Shown here: positions 1-11,763 of the stretch, piece after piece | Numbering within the stretch: the stretch's first letter is position 1 | How the letters are laid out: each line of letters begins with the position of its first letter | Origin: Malacoraja senta | Lineage: Eukaryota | NCBI GenBank assembly: GCA_038087875.1 | Contig: CM075993.1 | Span: 124,001-188,000 of the forward strand | Reading direction: 5' to 3' | Length of the DNA stretch: 64,000 nt | The notes under the pieces: generated by a model | The model's database searches: none | What the model saw: the letters and a program-made list of their open reading frames with translations, nothing else | What the model was told of the DNA's origin: nothing | Translations under genes and position numbers: made by a program

Positions 1-625
1 CTTCAATGACTTCATCATCTACTGAAATTGAAAGGTATTCTCAGTGTTGTCAAAAACTGATGCTTACCCAGAAGACTTGAACACTAATTTCTCAGCTGAG
101 CTCCAGCAGTTTCACTCATATGTGCGACAAAAAATGTCAAAACAAGATTCAGTCATGCTGAGCTTTATAAAATAATTGTAGAAGACAATATTGAATGTGC
201 CTTTCCAAATGTAGACATTGCCTTTCGTATATTTTTTACACTAATGGTCACAAATTGCTCAGCTGAGCGTTCATTTTCTCAGTTGAAGTATATTTAAAAA
301 TCCCATCAGAACAACTATGCAACAAGGCAGGCTGGATGCCTTATCTCTACTAAGTATAGAAGCAGATGTGTTACGTAAGATACATTTTGAGGATCTGATC
401 AAAGACTTTGAATTAAAAAAAGTAGGAGAAAACTTTTCAAATATGAATAAAGTGGAAGTATACAAAAATAAACATTATTTTCCATCTTACTGTTAGATTT
501 GTTTCATTTTGAAAAATAAAAAAATATTTTATGGTTTATTATTGTTTATATTTTGAATTACATATATATGGGGCACCAAAATCTTTTAAGTGCTTAGGGC
601 CTCGATGGGTCTTAATCCGGCCCTG
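1..625 (+). mobile_element. hAT DNA transposon, 3' end (frameshifted transposase C-terminal dimerisation domain plus right TIR)
   Basis: Translation from 181 gives EDNIECAFPNVDIAFRIFFTLMVTNCSAERSFSQLKYI, then after a frameshift KNPIRTTMQQGRLDALSLLSIEAD (hAT dimerisation motif AERSFS). The element ends in CTTAATCCGGCCCTG, the reverse complement of a CAGGGCCGGATT-type hAT TIR. Confidence 0.85.
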
Positions 626-985
626 GAGTTACTCCAGCACTCTGTGAAATGTCACCTATCCATGTTCTCCACAAATGCTGCCTGACCCGCTGAGTTACTC
701 CAGCATTTTGTGAAACGTCACCTATCCATGTTCTCCACAGATGCTGCCTGACTCGCTGAGTTACTCCAGCACTCTGTGAAACGTCACCTATCCATGCGTC
801 ATTTCTCCACAGATGCTGCCTAACCCGCTGAGTTACTCCAGCACTCTGTGAAACGTCACCTATCCATGTTCTCCACAGAAGCTGCCTGACCCGCTGAGTT
901 ACTCCAGCACTCTGTGAAACGTCACCTATCCATGTTCTCCCACAGATGCTGCCTGACCTGCTGAGTTACTCCAGCATTTTGTGTT
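626..985 (+). repeat. Tandem array of a 66-bp unit (~5 copies) derived from a Penelope-like 3' tail
   Basis: Unit GAGTTACTCCAGCACTCTGTGAAACGTCACCTATCCATGTTCTCCACAGATGCTGCCTGACCCGCT; consecutive starts at 626 and 692. Confidence 0.9.
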
Positions 986-1228
986 TGTCTTTTGTGAAAA
1001 CATTATGTTCTGTTGCTCTGTAAATGCACCTTATCCCCCCCTCCTGTTTAAATTGATGAGTTCTCCAAATCCACTCTTTGCAGGCCTTTCATTATTCTGT
1101 AGGTTTCAGTGAGATCTGCCCTAATCTTTCTAAACCTCACGAGTACAGGCCCAGAGTCTTCGAAAGCTCCTCATACATTAACCCAATCACCCCGGGAATC
1201 AATCTTGTAAACCTCTTCTGGATCCTGC

Positions 1229-1613
1229 ACTAGTCACAGAGCGGAAACAGGCCCTTCGGCCCAACTTGCCCACACCGCCCAACATGCCCCATCTACACTA
1301 GTCACAGAGTGATACAGAGCGGAAACAGGCCCTTCAGCCCAACCTGCCCACAATGGCCAACATGCCCCATCTACACTAGTCACAGAGTGATACAGTGTGG
1401 ATACTGGGTCTACAGCCCAACTTGCCCACCCCACCCAACATGCCCCATCTACACTAGTCACAGAGTGATACAGAGTGGAAACAGGCCCTTCAGCCCAACT
1501 TCCCACAATGGCCAACATGCCCCATCTACACTAGTCACAGATTGATACAGTGTGGATACTGGGTCTTCAGCTCAACTTGCCCACCCCGCCCAACATTCCC
1601 CATCTACACTAGT
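1229..1613. repeat. ~78-bp tandem repeat with alternating A/B variants, derived from a CR1/SINE 3' tail
   Basis: ACTAGTC recurs at 1229, 1297, 1375, 1453, 1530 and 1608; the array runs into an antisense CR1 3' UTR fragment (~1614-1800). Confidence 0.85.
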
Positions 1614-2233
1614 CCCACCTGCCTGCTTTTGGTCCATATCCATCCAAACCCGTCCGATCCATGTACCTGTCTAACTGTTTCTTAAATGTTGGGATAGTCC
1701 CAGCCTCACTACCTCCTCTGGCAGCTCGTTCCATACACCCATCACCCTCTGGTGGGAAAGTTACCCCTCAGATTCCTATTAAATCTGTTCCCCACCTTGA
1801 ATGAATGAAACTTTAAATCTTTAAATCTACCTTTAAAACTCCTCCAGGGATGCACCTGATCCCAACTGTCCCAACTCTTACTCTTGGCCAAAGCCTCAAT
1901 TTCCCTCGTCAGCCAAGCTTGCTTTACCCCTCACTCTAACAAGGGCATGTATGTCCTGAACTCTTGTCAGCACTTTTAAAAACATCCCACTTCCCTGACG
2001 TTCCTTTTCCTTCCAACAACCTGCTCCGGTCAACTTGAGTGAGTTCCTGTCTCATCCCCTCAAAGTTGGCCTTGGGGGTGGGAGATTGCAACCTTCACGT
2101 GGTCTGCCCTGTTTTAACGAATGCAATCAACCTGGCGTGCACAATCGAATAGAACAAGTTGTCCTACAACTTTAGGCTGTGCACGCCATACACAAGAAGA
2201 AAGTTGGCCTTGCCCCAATTTAGAATTTGAACA

Positions 2234-2329
2234 GTCTGAAGAAGGGTCCTCGGCCCGAAACGTTGCCCATTTCCTTCGCTCCTAGATGCTGCCTCACCCC
2301 GCTGAGTTTCTCCACCATTTTTGTCTACC
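2234..2329 (+). mobile_element. Short Penelope-like 3' terminal insertion with hammerhead-like core
   Basis: CTGAAGA-AGGGTCCTCGGCCC-GAAACGTT at 2236-2264; flanked by the 14-bp direct repeat TTAGAATTTGAACA (2220-2233 and 2330-2343). Confidence 0.8.
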
Positions 2330-2448
2330 TTAGAATTTGAACACATGGGCCCTGTCCAGAACCATCTTAAAACCTAATCAAACAGTGGTTATTGCTCCAT
2401 GAACACTTCATCCACTTGCCCTTCCCCAATGTCCCTAGACTACATCAA

Positions 2449-2748
2449 GTTTTAGTTTTAGAGTTTTAGTTTAGAGATACAGCAGGGAAACAGGCCCTTC
2501 GGCCCACCGGGTACGTGCCGACCAGCGATCCCCGCACATTAACACTATCCTACATCCACTAGGGACAATTTTTGACATTTACACCAAGCCAATTAACCTG
2601 CAAACCTGTACGTCTTTGGAGTGTGGAGGAAACCGAAGATCTTGGAGAAAACCCACGCAGGTCACGGGGAGAACGTACAAACTCCACCGTACAGACAGCA
2701 CCCATAGTCAGGATCGAGACAGCAACTCTACCGCTGTGCCACCGTGAC
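2449..2748 (-). mobile_element. tRNA-derived V-SINE (HE1-like)
   Basis: Minus strand carries a tRNA-like head, the V-domain-like core GGAGTTTGTACGTTCTCCCCGTGACCTGCGTGGGTTTTCTCC and a (TAAAC)n-like tail. Confidence 0.75.
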
Positions 2749-2974
2749 CAGCCTCTCACATGTGAGGCTCTGACTGCTGAGAAAACTCTCCTGAACACAT
2801 TCGACAATTTTCACCCCATCTAAAACATTCACACTATGACTATCCCAGTCAATATTGGGATCCCCATCTACAACAACATTCACACTATGACATCCCAGTC
2901 AATATTGGGAACGTCGACATCCCCATCTACAACAACTTTTCACCTGCAATCTCCCGGCATATCTGCTCTAATTC

Positions 2975-3830
2975 CCATTGACTATTTGGAGGTCTGTAGT
3001 ACACCCCCAACAAGGTGATCATCCCTTTCTTGTTCCTGAGCTCCACCCATATAGCCTCTATAGACAAACCGTCTGTAATGTTACCTCTGAACACAGCCGT
3101 GACATCCTCCTTAACCTACAATGCAACCCCCCCACTCCTTTACCCTCACCCATGTCTCTCCTGAAGCTCCTGTACCCCGGAACATTGAGCTGCCAGACCT
3201 GCCCCTCCCTGAACCAGGTACAATGTACCTATCCACGCCCCAAGCTCATCTGCTTTAGCCGTCATTAAAGTACGTCTAAGTTAAACCAACGTACCTTCCT
3301 CAGAAGGATCTCGGCCCAAAATATCACCTGGTCGTTTACTCCAGAAATGCTGCCTGACCCGCTGAGTTACTCCAGAAATGCTGCCTACACCCACAGAGTT
3401 ACTCCAGAAATGCTGTCGACACCCACTGAGTTACTTCCAGAAATGCTGTCGACACCCACTGAGTTACTCCAGCTTTTACTCCAGAAATGCTGCCTGACCC
3501 AGAGTTACTCCAGCTTTTTGTGTCTCTCTCCGGTTTAAGCAGCACCTGCAGTTCTGCCTTCCTCGCTGCCTATTCTGTCCCCTATACTTCCCCTCATCAC
3601 CCTCCATTCTTGAGTCTCACAGCACCGTCTCATTCCCTACCTCGAGGAACCACCTTCTCTCTTGCTGGGCATCCACGTGACAACCTCTCTCCATGTCCTG
3701 TCCAAGATGTTCTGTCTCCAGGATGGTCCTGAGGTCAACCAGCTGCTCCTCGTTCCCTAACGTGGCCTTTAAGGAGCTGCACCAGGTCACACAGGTGTGG
3801 TGTTGTCAGGTACCTGCAGTTTCTCCCCCC
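2975..3830 (-). mobile_element. Degraded CR1 LINE remnants (ORF1 and endonuclease fragments) interrupted by a Penelope tail at ~3300-3560
   Basis: Antisense EGQVWQLNVPGY (CR1 APE start) near 3175-3215; antisense QLLKGHVRE / EQLVDLRTILETE (CR1 ORF1-like coiled coil) at 3700-3790. Confidence 0.55.
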
Positions 3831-4427
3831 CACCTCACCCACTGCCCCTCCCCTCCCCCTTCCTGCCCTCCCTCTCCCCCCCACCCACTCACCCACTGCC
3901 CCTCCCCTCCCCCCTCTAGCCCCCACAGACCTGTGGTGGGGTCCGCACACAACACAGAACATCAACACCAGGCTCGAGTTTGTTTAATAATATTAAAATC
4001 TAATAATTTATTAAAAGGAGGAAAGAGAGAGAGAGAGAGAGAGAGAGGAGGGAGTGGAGAAAGGGGGGGAGAGGGGGGGGAGAGGGCGGCAGAGAGGGGG
4101 AGAGAGAGAGAGAGAGGGCAGAGAGAGAGAGAGGGGAGGGGAGAGAGAGAGAGGGGGAGAGAGAGGGGAGAGAGAGAGGGGGAGAGAGAGGGGAGGGGAG
4201 AGGAGGGGAGGGGAGAGGAGGGGAGGGGAGGAGAGGAGAGGAGTGGAGGGGGAGAGAGGGAGAGGAGGGGAGGGGAGGGAGAGAGGGGGAGGGGGAGAGA
4301 GGGAGAGGGGGAGAGGGGGGGGAGGGGGAGAGAGGGAGAGGAGGAGAGAGGAGGGGAGGGGGAGGAGAGAGTGAGAGGAGGGGAGGGGAGGAGAGGAGGG
4401 AGGAGGGGGAGGGGAGGGAGGAGAGGG
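3824..4427. repeat. Polypyrimidine/polypurine low-complexity tract
   Basis: C-rich segment 3824-3925 followed by ~410 bp of almost pure G/A (4015-4427). Confidence 0.9.
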
Positions 4428-4593
4428 TCACCAAGGCCATTCCTCAGTCTCCGTCGTTTCCGTGCTGTCCCGCGGGTCACGGGGAGTTTCTCCCTCCTCC
4501 GATTGGTCCGAGTTCTTGTCCAGGTACTGGTAACCTTTGACCTTGTGTCAGGGATCATAGGTCAATCCTTGTAAACCTCCTCTGGACCCTCAG

Positions 4594-7181
4594 TGTATGC
4601 TGGTGACTTCAACAGCCATCATACAGACTGGGCATACAGCAGCTCCAACGCTGACGGTCCTATACGACCCAAAGGAGCCACGCACTTTCTACTCTGCACG
4701 CTGGAACAGCACCACCAACCCGGACCTGGCCTTCGCAAAATGTTGCAACAACGAACCGCTCCCGGTAAGACGCATCCTGGACAGGTTTCCCCGGTCACAC
4801 CATCGATCATCGCTCATAACCATTCCATCTCTGGTCCAGCCCGTGGAAGGGAAAGACGGTCCAAGGGTGGAAACTACCGGAAAGCAAACTGGGTGGGCTT
4901 CACACAACAAGTGAATAAGGCAGCCGCTGGCCCCCCACACCCACGCCCCACCAACCTGAACAATGCCTACGACTCATACTGCAAGATGCTGCTGGCCGCC
5001 GCCAAGAAGAACATCCCCCGCGGTGTACGTAAAGCCTATGTTCCCTGCTGGGTGACGAATGTGAAGACCTACTTCGTGCCCCACAGAATCACAGACCAGC
5101 GAAGACAGGGACAAAGCAGCGAACGGCCTAATCTGCAGAATAAATGAGAAACGCAGGCAAAGATGGACGGAGACAGTGGAATCAATTTGATTTCACACAC
5201 TCAGCCGTCAGGCGTGGCAGATCATGAATAAGCTGATGGGCAGGTCGACAACCCCAGCACAGTGTCCCATCACTGCAAATTCCATCGCGTCGCTACTGCT
5301 GAGTAATGGCCGCTTCCCCAACGCAGATTGAAGAAGGGTTTTGGCCCGAAACGTTGCCTATTTCCTTCGCTCCATAGATGCTGCTGCACCCACTGAGTTT
5401 CTCCAGCATTTTTGTGTACCTTCACCAGAACAACATTGGCAAGAGTCATGAGCTGCACGGGGCCCCGAGCTGCGACTCCAACCTATCCCACAATTTCACA
5501 AGAAATCGAGCAGGCCATCCGACGGCTGAATACCGGCAAGGCACCAGGCACCGACGGCATCCACCTGGAATATATAAAACACCAAGGCAAAGAAGGCAAC
5601 TGACTGGCTGTGCTCCTTCTTCTCCATGTGTTTCCACTGCCTGAAGCAGCCAAAGATCTGGCGCCGTGCCAAGGTGATCACTCTGTCGAAGCCAAAGAAG
5701 CCTAGCGATGACCCCAAGGGATACCGACCCATCTCACTGCTGTGTGTTCCATACAAGGTCCTGGAACGTCTCCTCCACACACGTCTCAATCCAGTGATCA
5801 ACCCCCAGCTGCCTAAAGAACAGGCTGGCTTCTGAAGCGGTAGGTCAACGGCGGACCAGGTAGCGCTATCTTCTTGGACCTCACAGCTGCATATGATACT
5901 GTCTGGCTGCGTGGACTACACATGAAGCTTCTGGAAACCATCCCAGACAAGCACATGGTGAGCTTCATCATCGAGATGCTGAGCAACCGCAGCTTCAGGC
6001 TGTACACCAACAACGGGCAATGCAGCAGGGTGAGGAAACTTAAGAACGGCGTCCCACAGGGCTCAGTGCTGGCACCAATGCTGTTCAATATCTACATCCA
6101 TGACCTGCCTGCAACCCAGTCATAGAAGTATGGCTATGCTGATGACCTGGCCATCCTACTCAGTAAGCCATCCTGGGAAAGCAGCAGAACAGGGCCTCTC
6201 TGAAGACATGAACATCCTGTCTTCATACCTGAGGAACTGGCGCCTCAAGCTCAGCATGGGTAAGACAACATCTTCAATGTTCCACCTCAACAACAGGGAA
6301 GCGTCCCGCGAGATGAACGTGATGGTGGATAATGCCCGGTTACGGTCCCAGCCTGTCCCCACGTACCTCGGTGTGAAGCTCGACAGAACATTGTCATTCA
6401 AACAACACCTGGAAGGTGCCAAGGCAAAGACAAGCGCCCGTGCCGCACTGATACGCCGCCTAGCCGGCACCACATGGGGAACCACGATGAAGACACTGCG
6501 CATGTCCACAGTGGCCCTGGTGTTCTCAGCTGTCGAGTACTGCGCCCTGGTCTGGTGCCATAGCCCTCACGCCAAGAAGCTGGATGCTGCCGTCAACAGC
6601 GCCCTGCGGATGCCTATGAGCCACCCCAGTAAACCAACTGCCTGTCCTCACTGGCATCGCCCCAGCCAACATCAGACGAGAAGCAGCCACGCTGGCCCTC
6701 TCTCGAAAGGCGCAGACCAGTGAATCCCACCTCCTCCATCAGATCGTCACAGAGACACCACGACAAGTCACGGCACCCCTTTGCCACGCAAGCCCAAGAG
6801 CTGCTCTGCACAACGCCGGCTGACGCTTCTAAGGCCACCTGGGTCAAGACGAGATGGAGAGACCAGTGGAAGTCATTACATCAATTACCCCATGGACGTC
6901 CCTGGCCAGGACCTGCCCCGAAAGCAGTGGACAACCCTCAACCACTTGAGGACAGGCATTGGACGCTATGGAGTAGCGATGAAGAGGTGGGGCCTCGTGG
7001 ACAGCGAGTGCCTCCTGCGAGTGTGGGGACCCAACACAGACAGTGGAGCACACCGTCACCAGTTGCCCCAAACACCGGCCACCAAATGGTGAACGAGGTC
7101 TGGATTGACCTGGACGATGACACGTTGGCCTGGCTCGCCTCAATAGAGCTGCAGGTCTAAAACACATACGACAGAAGAAGA
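4594..7181 (+). mobile_element. Vingi/Ingi-clade non-LTR retrotransposon, 5'-truncated and decayed (APE + RT)
   Basis: [59 protein letters not shown] and RRLAGTTWG...EYCALVW across frameshifted ORFs; 3' end CATACGACAGAAGAAGA. Confidence 0.75.
5327..5422 (+). mobile_element. Penelope-like 3' tail nested in the Vingi element
   Basis: TTGAAGAAGGGTTTTGGCCCGAAACGTTGCC...CTCCAGCATTTTTGTGTACCTT, same family as 2234-2329. Confidence 0.75.
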
Positions 7182-7309
7182 TATTCCCCACACACAAGCA
7201 AAGCTCCTTGAGCTAGTCTCAGTACAACCACAAACTGCCTCGCTGAAGTGCTCAGTGACAAAACATTCTTACCATTGACCAAACCTCAGACGTTTAATCT
7301 GTACACATC

Positions 7310-7890
7310 TATCTTCCTGCGGCAGCTGAGGAAGCACAATCTGCCATAGGCAATGATGGTCCAATTCTACACAGCCATCGTAAAGTTTGTCCTCACCTTC
7401 TCCATCATGGTCTGGTTTTGCTCAGCCACCAAGCATGATATCCGGAGGCTGCAGCGAATCGTCCGATCAGCTGAGAAGGTTATTGGCTGCAACCTTCCCT
7501 CCATTGACGAACTGTACACTGCAAGGGCCAGGAAGCGAGCGGGTAAGATCATCTCTGACCCCGATCACCCTGGCCACAAACTCTTCGAATCACTTCCCTC
7601 TGGAAGGCGACTCTGGACTGTCAAAGCTTCCACAGCCAGACATAAAAACATTTTTTTTCCATGAGTAGTAGCTCTACTCAATAACCAAAAATCTGTAGAT
7701 TCCTGTTGCTCTGGTATTTTTTTTAATGCACATGTTTAATCAATAGTGTTTTATTATTAATGTTTATATGTTTTATGCATCATTTCTAACTGTCGCTGTA
7801 TGTCATGTTGTCACTTGCGGGCGAAGCACCAAGGCAAAATTCCTTGTATGTGAATACTCGGCCAATAAAGTTATTCATTCATTCATTCAT
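7310..7890 (+). mobile_element. Rex1/Babar LINE 3' fragment
   Basis: FLRQLRKHNL...FYTAIVKFVLTFSIMVWF...LQRIVRSAEKVIG...HPGHKLFESLPSGRR; AATAAA followed by an (ATTC)n tail. Confidence 0.8.
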
Positions 7891-8020
7891 CCTGATATTA
7901 AGGTGCTCTAGAATATCACTCGACATGCACTTCACAGGAGATAGGAGTCAGTGGAAGCCATTTGAAAGACATTATTAATTGTATCTACTGTACACTAGTT
8001 GTTAACATCAATCTATTTAT

Positions 8021-8335
8021 GTTTAGTTTAGTTTAGTTTAGTTTAGTTTAGTTTAGCGATACAGCGCAGAAACAGGCCCTTCAGCCCACCGAGTCCGCAC
8101 CTACCAGCCATCCCCGCACATTAACACTATCCGACACAAACTAGGGACAATTCCTTACATTTATACCAAGCCAATTATCCCACAAACATGCATGTCTTTG
8201 GAGTGTGGAGGAAACCGGAGCATCCGGAGAAAACCCAGGCAGGTCACGGGAGAACGTACAGACAGCACCCGTAGTCAAGATCGAACCCGGGTCTCTGGCG
8301 CTGTAAGGCAGTAGCTCTACAGCTGTGTCACCCTG
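8021..8335 (-). mobile_element. V-SINE (HE1-like)
   Basis: (GTTTA)n tail and body homologous to 2449-2748; B-box-like GGTTCGATC on the minus strand. Confidence 0.75.
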
Positions 8336-8591
8336 ACATGTTTTTTTTTTAATGGGAGAACAATCTCCAAGGAAGAATTTATAACAGGAAGCTGTTCTCA
8401 TTTCCTCTGAGCTGCACATCTGCCCCAACTCAATGGGTCAGCCAGGCTTCATTGAAAGGAGTCTCGACCTGAAACATCACCTATTCCTTTTCTCCAGAGA
8501 TGCTGCCTGTCCCGCTGAGTTACTCCAGCATTCCGTGTCCATCTTTGGTGTAAACCAGCATGTGCAGTTCCTTCCTACACAGATCAGACTT

Positions 8592-8735
8592 CATTATTCT
8601 TCCTACCCTTCATCAGATCCCTATCTCCAGACTGGTCTCTTGCTGAGTGGAATGGACAAGGATGCATTATTCTTCCTACCCTTCATCAGATCCCTATCTC
8701 CAGACTGGTCTCTGCTGAGTGGAATGGACAAGGAT
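8592..8735. repeat. Two-copy ~72-bp direct repeat
   Basis: CATTATTCTTCCTACCCTTCATCAGATCCCTATCTCCAGACTGGTCTC...GAGTGGAATGGACAAGGATG occurs twice in tandem. Confidence 0.85.
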
Positions 8736-10145
8736 GACGGGGTGTCGTGCCACAGTTGCCGATTCGGAGGGAGTGGTGAGGTGAAGAGGAGAGAACAGCA
8801 GGCGGTGGTCTAGAGGAGCAGATGATCATTGGCCATCTGATTCCATGGGTTGTGGAGGGAAGGGGATAGGCATGAACAGTTTGTTGGAGGTTTCACCACT
8901 TGTTCAGGTAATACTCTTCTCTCCCCCTCCCTCTGTCTCTCCCCCTCCTTCCTTCCCTCTCTCCCTCTCTCTCAGAGGGTGGGGCTGCCAGAGGAAGCTA
9001 CAGAAGTGGATGCAATTACAACTTTTTAAAGAAATGTGTACGGATATAAGGATATGAAAGGTTTTAGAGGGATATGGGCCAAATGCAAGCACATGGGACA
9101 AGGCCAATATGCCAAGTTGGTTGAAATGGACAAGGTGGGCCAGAGGGCCTGTTTCCCTGCTGTTCATCTCTATGACCCCATGACCAAATACCAGTTATTC
9201 ACACTATTTGTTTTAAACTCACAAACACAGAGGCTGGTGGCAAAAACACTGATGTCAATTTAGAAAATGACCAGGATATATTTTTCAAGGTAGATTCTGA
9301 AATCAGTTTAAAAGCTTTTTTAATGAAAGCCTTTATCATTGGTGGAACTGGGTGTTCTTGTGAGTCATTGTCTACGCCCCTTAAGTATAAGGATAGTACA
9401 GTTGTGAAAGGTTACAGCTGCTACATAGCCAGGCGTTTATAAAGTAATATCACAGTACAGCCTGCAAATCTTGGTCCTGCATCTCAGCTCCCCCACAAGG
9501 AAGATACGTCTTGTTAATTCTGAGGCAATCTTTAAATGCCCCCTGTCCACCTTCCCCTCCCCTTTGTCCTCTTCCACTCATTTCACTCCTCCTCTTCTCT
9601 CCTTATGGGCAATAGACAATAGGTGCAGGAGTAGACGATTCGGCCTTTTGAGCCATCACCGCCATTCAATGTGATCATGGCTGATCATCCACAATCAGTA
9701 TCATACGTGTGTAGGAAGGAACTGCAGATACTGGTTTAAACCGAAGATAGACACAAAAATGTTTGTGGCTGCAGGAGTCAGTACTTTAGAAGCTATCCTA
9801 AGAAATCATATGTATAAATTCATTTGCAGGATAATGATTCTAAAAATGTAATTATTGTGGCCTTGTCAAACATAAGGTTTAGCACTACACGCTACCAATC
9901 CCAGTTGTGGAGACACTGGTATCGTTGTCTCATTGTAGGACATTGATCATTCCTTTTTATTCTGGATTTTAATTAATGTATTGTATTAATTTTTTAATAT
10001 ATAATTTATGATGCTTTTATAAGTGATATACTAAGCTTTTATATGTATTTTATGATGTTTTTATATGTAATGAATTTTTATGTAATGTTGTCCCTTGTCT
10101 GGACCTTGAGTCCGAAATAAGTTTATTATTATTATTATTATTATA

Positions 10146-10385
10146 AAAAGCTGGAGTAACTCAGCGGGACAGGCAGCATCTTTGGAGAGAAGGATCTCGA
10201 CCTGAAACGTCACCACAGATGCTGCCTGACCCGCTGAGTTACTCCAGCACTTTGTGAAACGTCACCTATCCATGTTCTCCACAGATGCTGCCTGACCCGC
10301 TGAGTTACTCCAGCACTTTGTGAAACGTCACCTATCCATGTTCTCCACAGATGCTGCCTGACCCGCTGAGTTACTCCAGCACTCT
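10146..10385. repeat. Inverted plus tandem (66-bp) Penelope-tail cluster
   Basis: GCTGGAGTAACTCAGCGGGACAGGCAGCATCT is followed by its reverse complement and then by two further 66-bp units. Confidence 0.75.
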
Positions 10386-10959
10386 GTCTTTGAAATTCAA
10401 TAGAAAATGCACGTACAGCAGGCAGTGAAGAAAGCGAATGGCATGTTTGCCTTCATAACAAATTTAACAAACAGACTGGTCATTCCTTCTTCTCCTGCTG
10501 CTGTGAGGTGAAAAGTACAGAAATCTGCACCACCAGACGGAGCTACAACCCCTTCTCAGCTCTGCACTTTTTTTGTAGATTGACCGGTTGTGTTACTCGA
10601 GTACTTTGTGTCTTGTTTTGTAAACCGGCATCTGCGGTTCTTTGTGGATAAACCAATATTGCTAGTGTTATACGCAGTAGTACCAACATCTCCCTTTTTC
10701 CCTGAACTTATGTTGCCCCCTGGGAGAGTGGACCTTCCCTTGTGCGGGGGGGGGGGGTCATCCTCGGGCGTTGGCCCCTCATCCCCTCAATGTCCCTCAT
10801 CCCCTCAATGTCCCTCAATGCCACTCATCCCCTCAATGTCCCTAAATCCCTCAGCATCGTCTATCCCGCAGTTCCTCGCTGCCCCTCATCGCCTCAGCGT
10901 GCCTCATTCCCTCAGTGTTATCATTCCCTTAGTGTCCCTTAGCTTGGAAGATGTGGAAT

Positions 10960-11763
10960 CATAGAAACATAGAAACATAGAAAATAGGTGCAGGAGTAGG
11001 CCATTCGGCCCTTCGAGCCTGCACCGCCATTTGATATGATCATGGCTGATCATCCAACTCAGTATCCCATCCCTGCCTTCTCTCCATACCCCCTGATCCC
11101 TTTAGCCCACAAGGGCCACATCTAACTCCCTCTTAAATATAGCCAATGAAACTGCCTCAACTACCTTCTGTGGCAGAGAATTCCACAGATTCACCACTCT
11201 CTGTGTAAAAAATGATTTCCTCATCTCGGTCCTAAAAGTCTTCCCGCTTATCCTTAAACTGTGACCCCTAGTTCTGGACTTCCCCAACATCGGGAATAAT
11301 CTTCCTGCATCTAGCATGTCCAACCCCTTAAGAATTTTGTAAGTTTCTATAAGATCCCCCCTCAGTCTTCTGAATTCCAACGTGTACAAGCCGAGTCTAT
11401 CCAGTCTTTCCTCATATGAAAGTCCTGCCATCCCAGGAATCAGTCTGGTGAACCTTCTCTGTACTCCCTCTATGGCAAGAATGTCTTTCCTCAGATTAGG
11501 AGACCAAAACTGTACGCAATACTCCAGGTGTGGTCTCACCAAGACCCTGTCCAACTGCAGTAGAACCTCCTGCTCCTATACTCAAATCCTTTTGCTATGA
11601 ATGCTAACATACTATTTGGTTTCTTCACTGCCTGCTGCACCTGCATTCCTACTTTCAATGATTGGTGCACCATGACACCCAGGTCTCGTTGCATCTCCCC
11701 TTTTCCTAATCGGCCACCATTCAGATAATAGTCTACTTTCCTGTTTTTGCCACCAAAGTGGAT
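10960..11763 (-). mobile_element. CR1 LINE 3' portion
   Basis: ORF 11102-11554 (LVRPHLEYCVQFWSP...RGHS...FFTQRVVNLWNSLP); (CATAGAAA)n tail at 10960. Confidence 0.9.

Noticed and set aside
626..1613. CRISPR-like regularly spaced repeats
   Set aside because: The units repeat in full with no unique spacers, derive from retroelement tails, and the context is a vertebrate genome with no cas genes.
3693..4574. 293-aa and overlapping G/E/R- or P/L/S-rich ORFs
   Set aside because: Artefacts of a stop-free GA low-complexity tract.
8260..8335. tRNA gene
   Set aside because: Only the tRNA-derived head of a SINE; no complete cloverleaf is visible.
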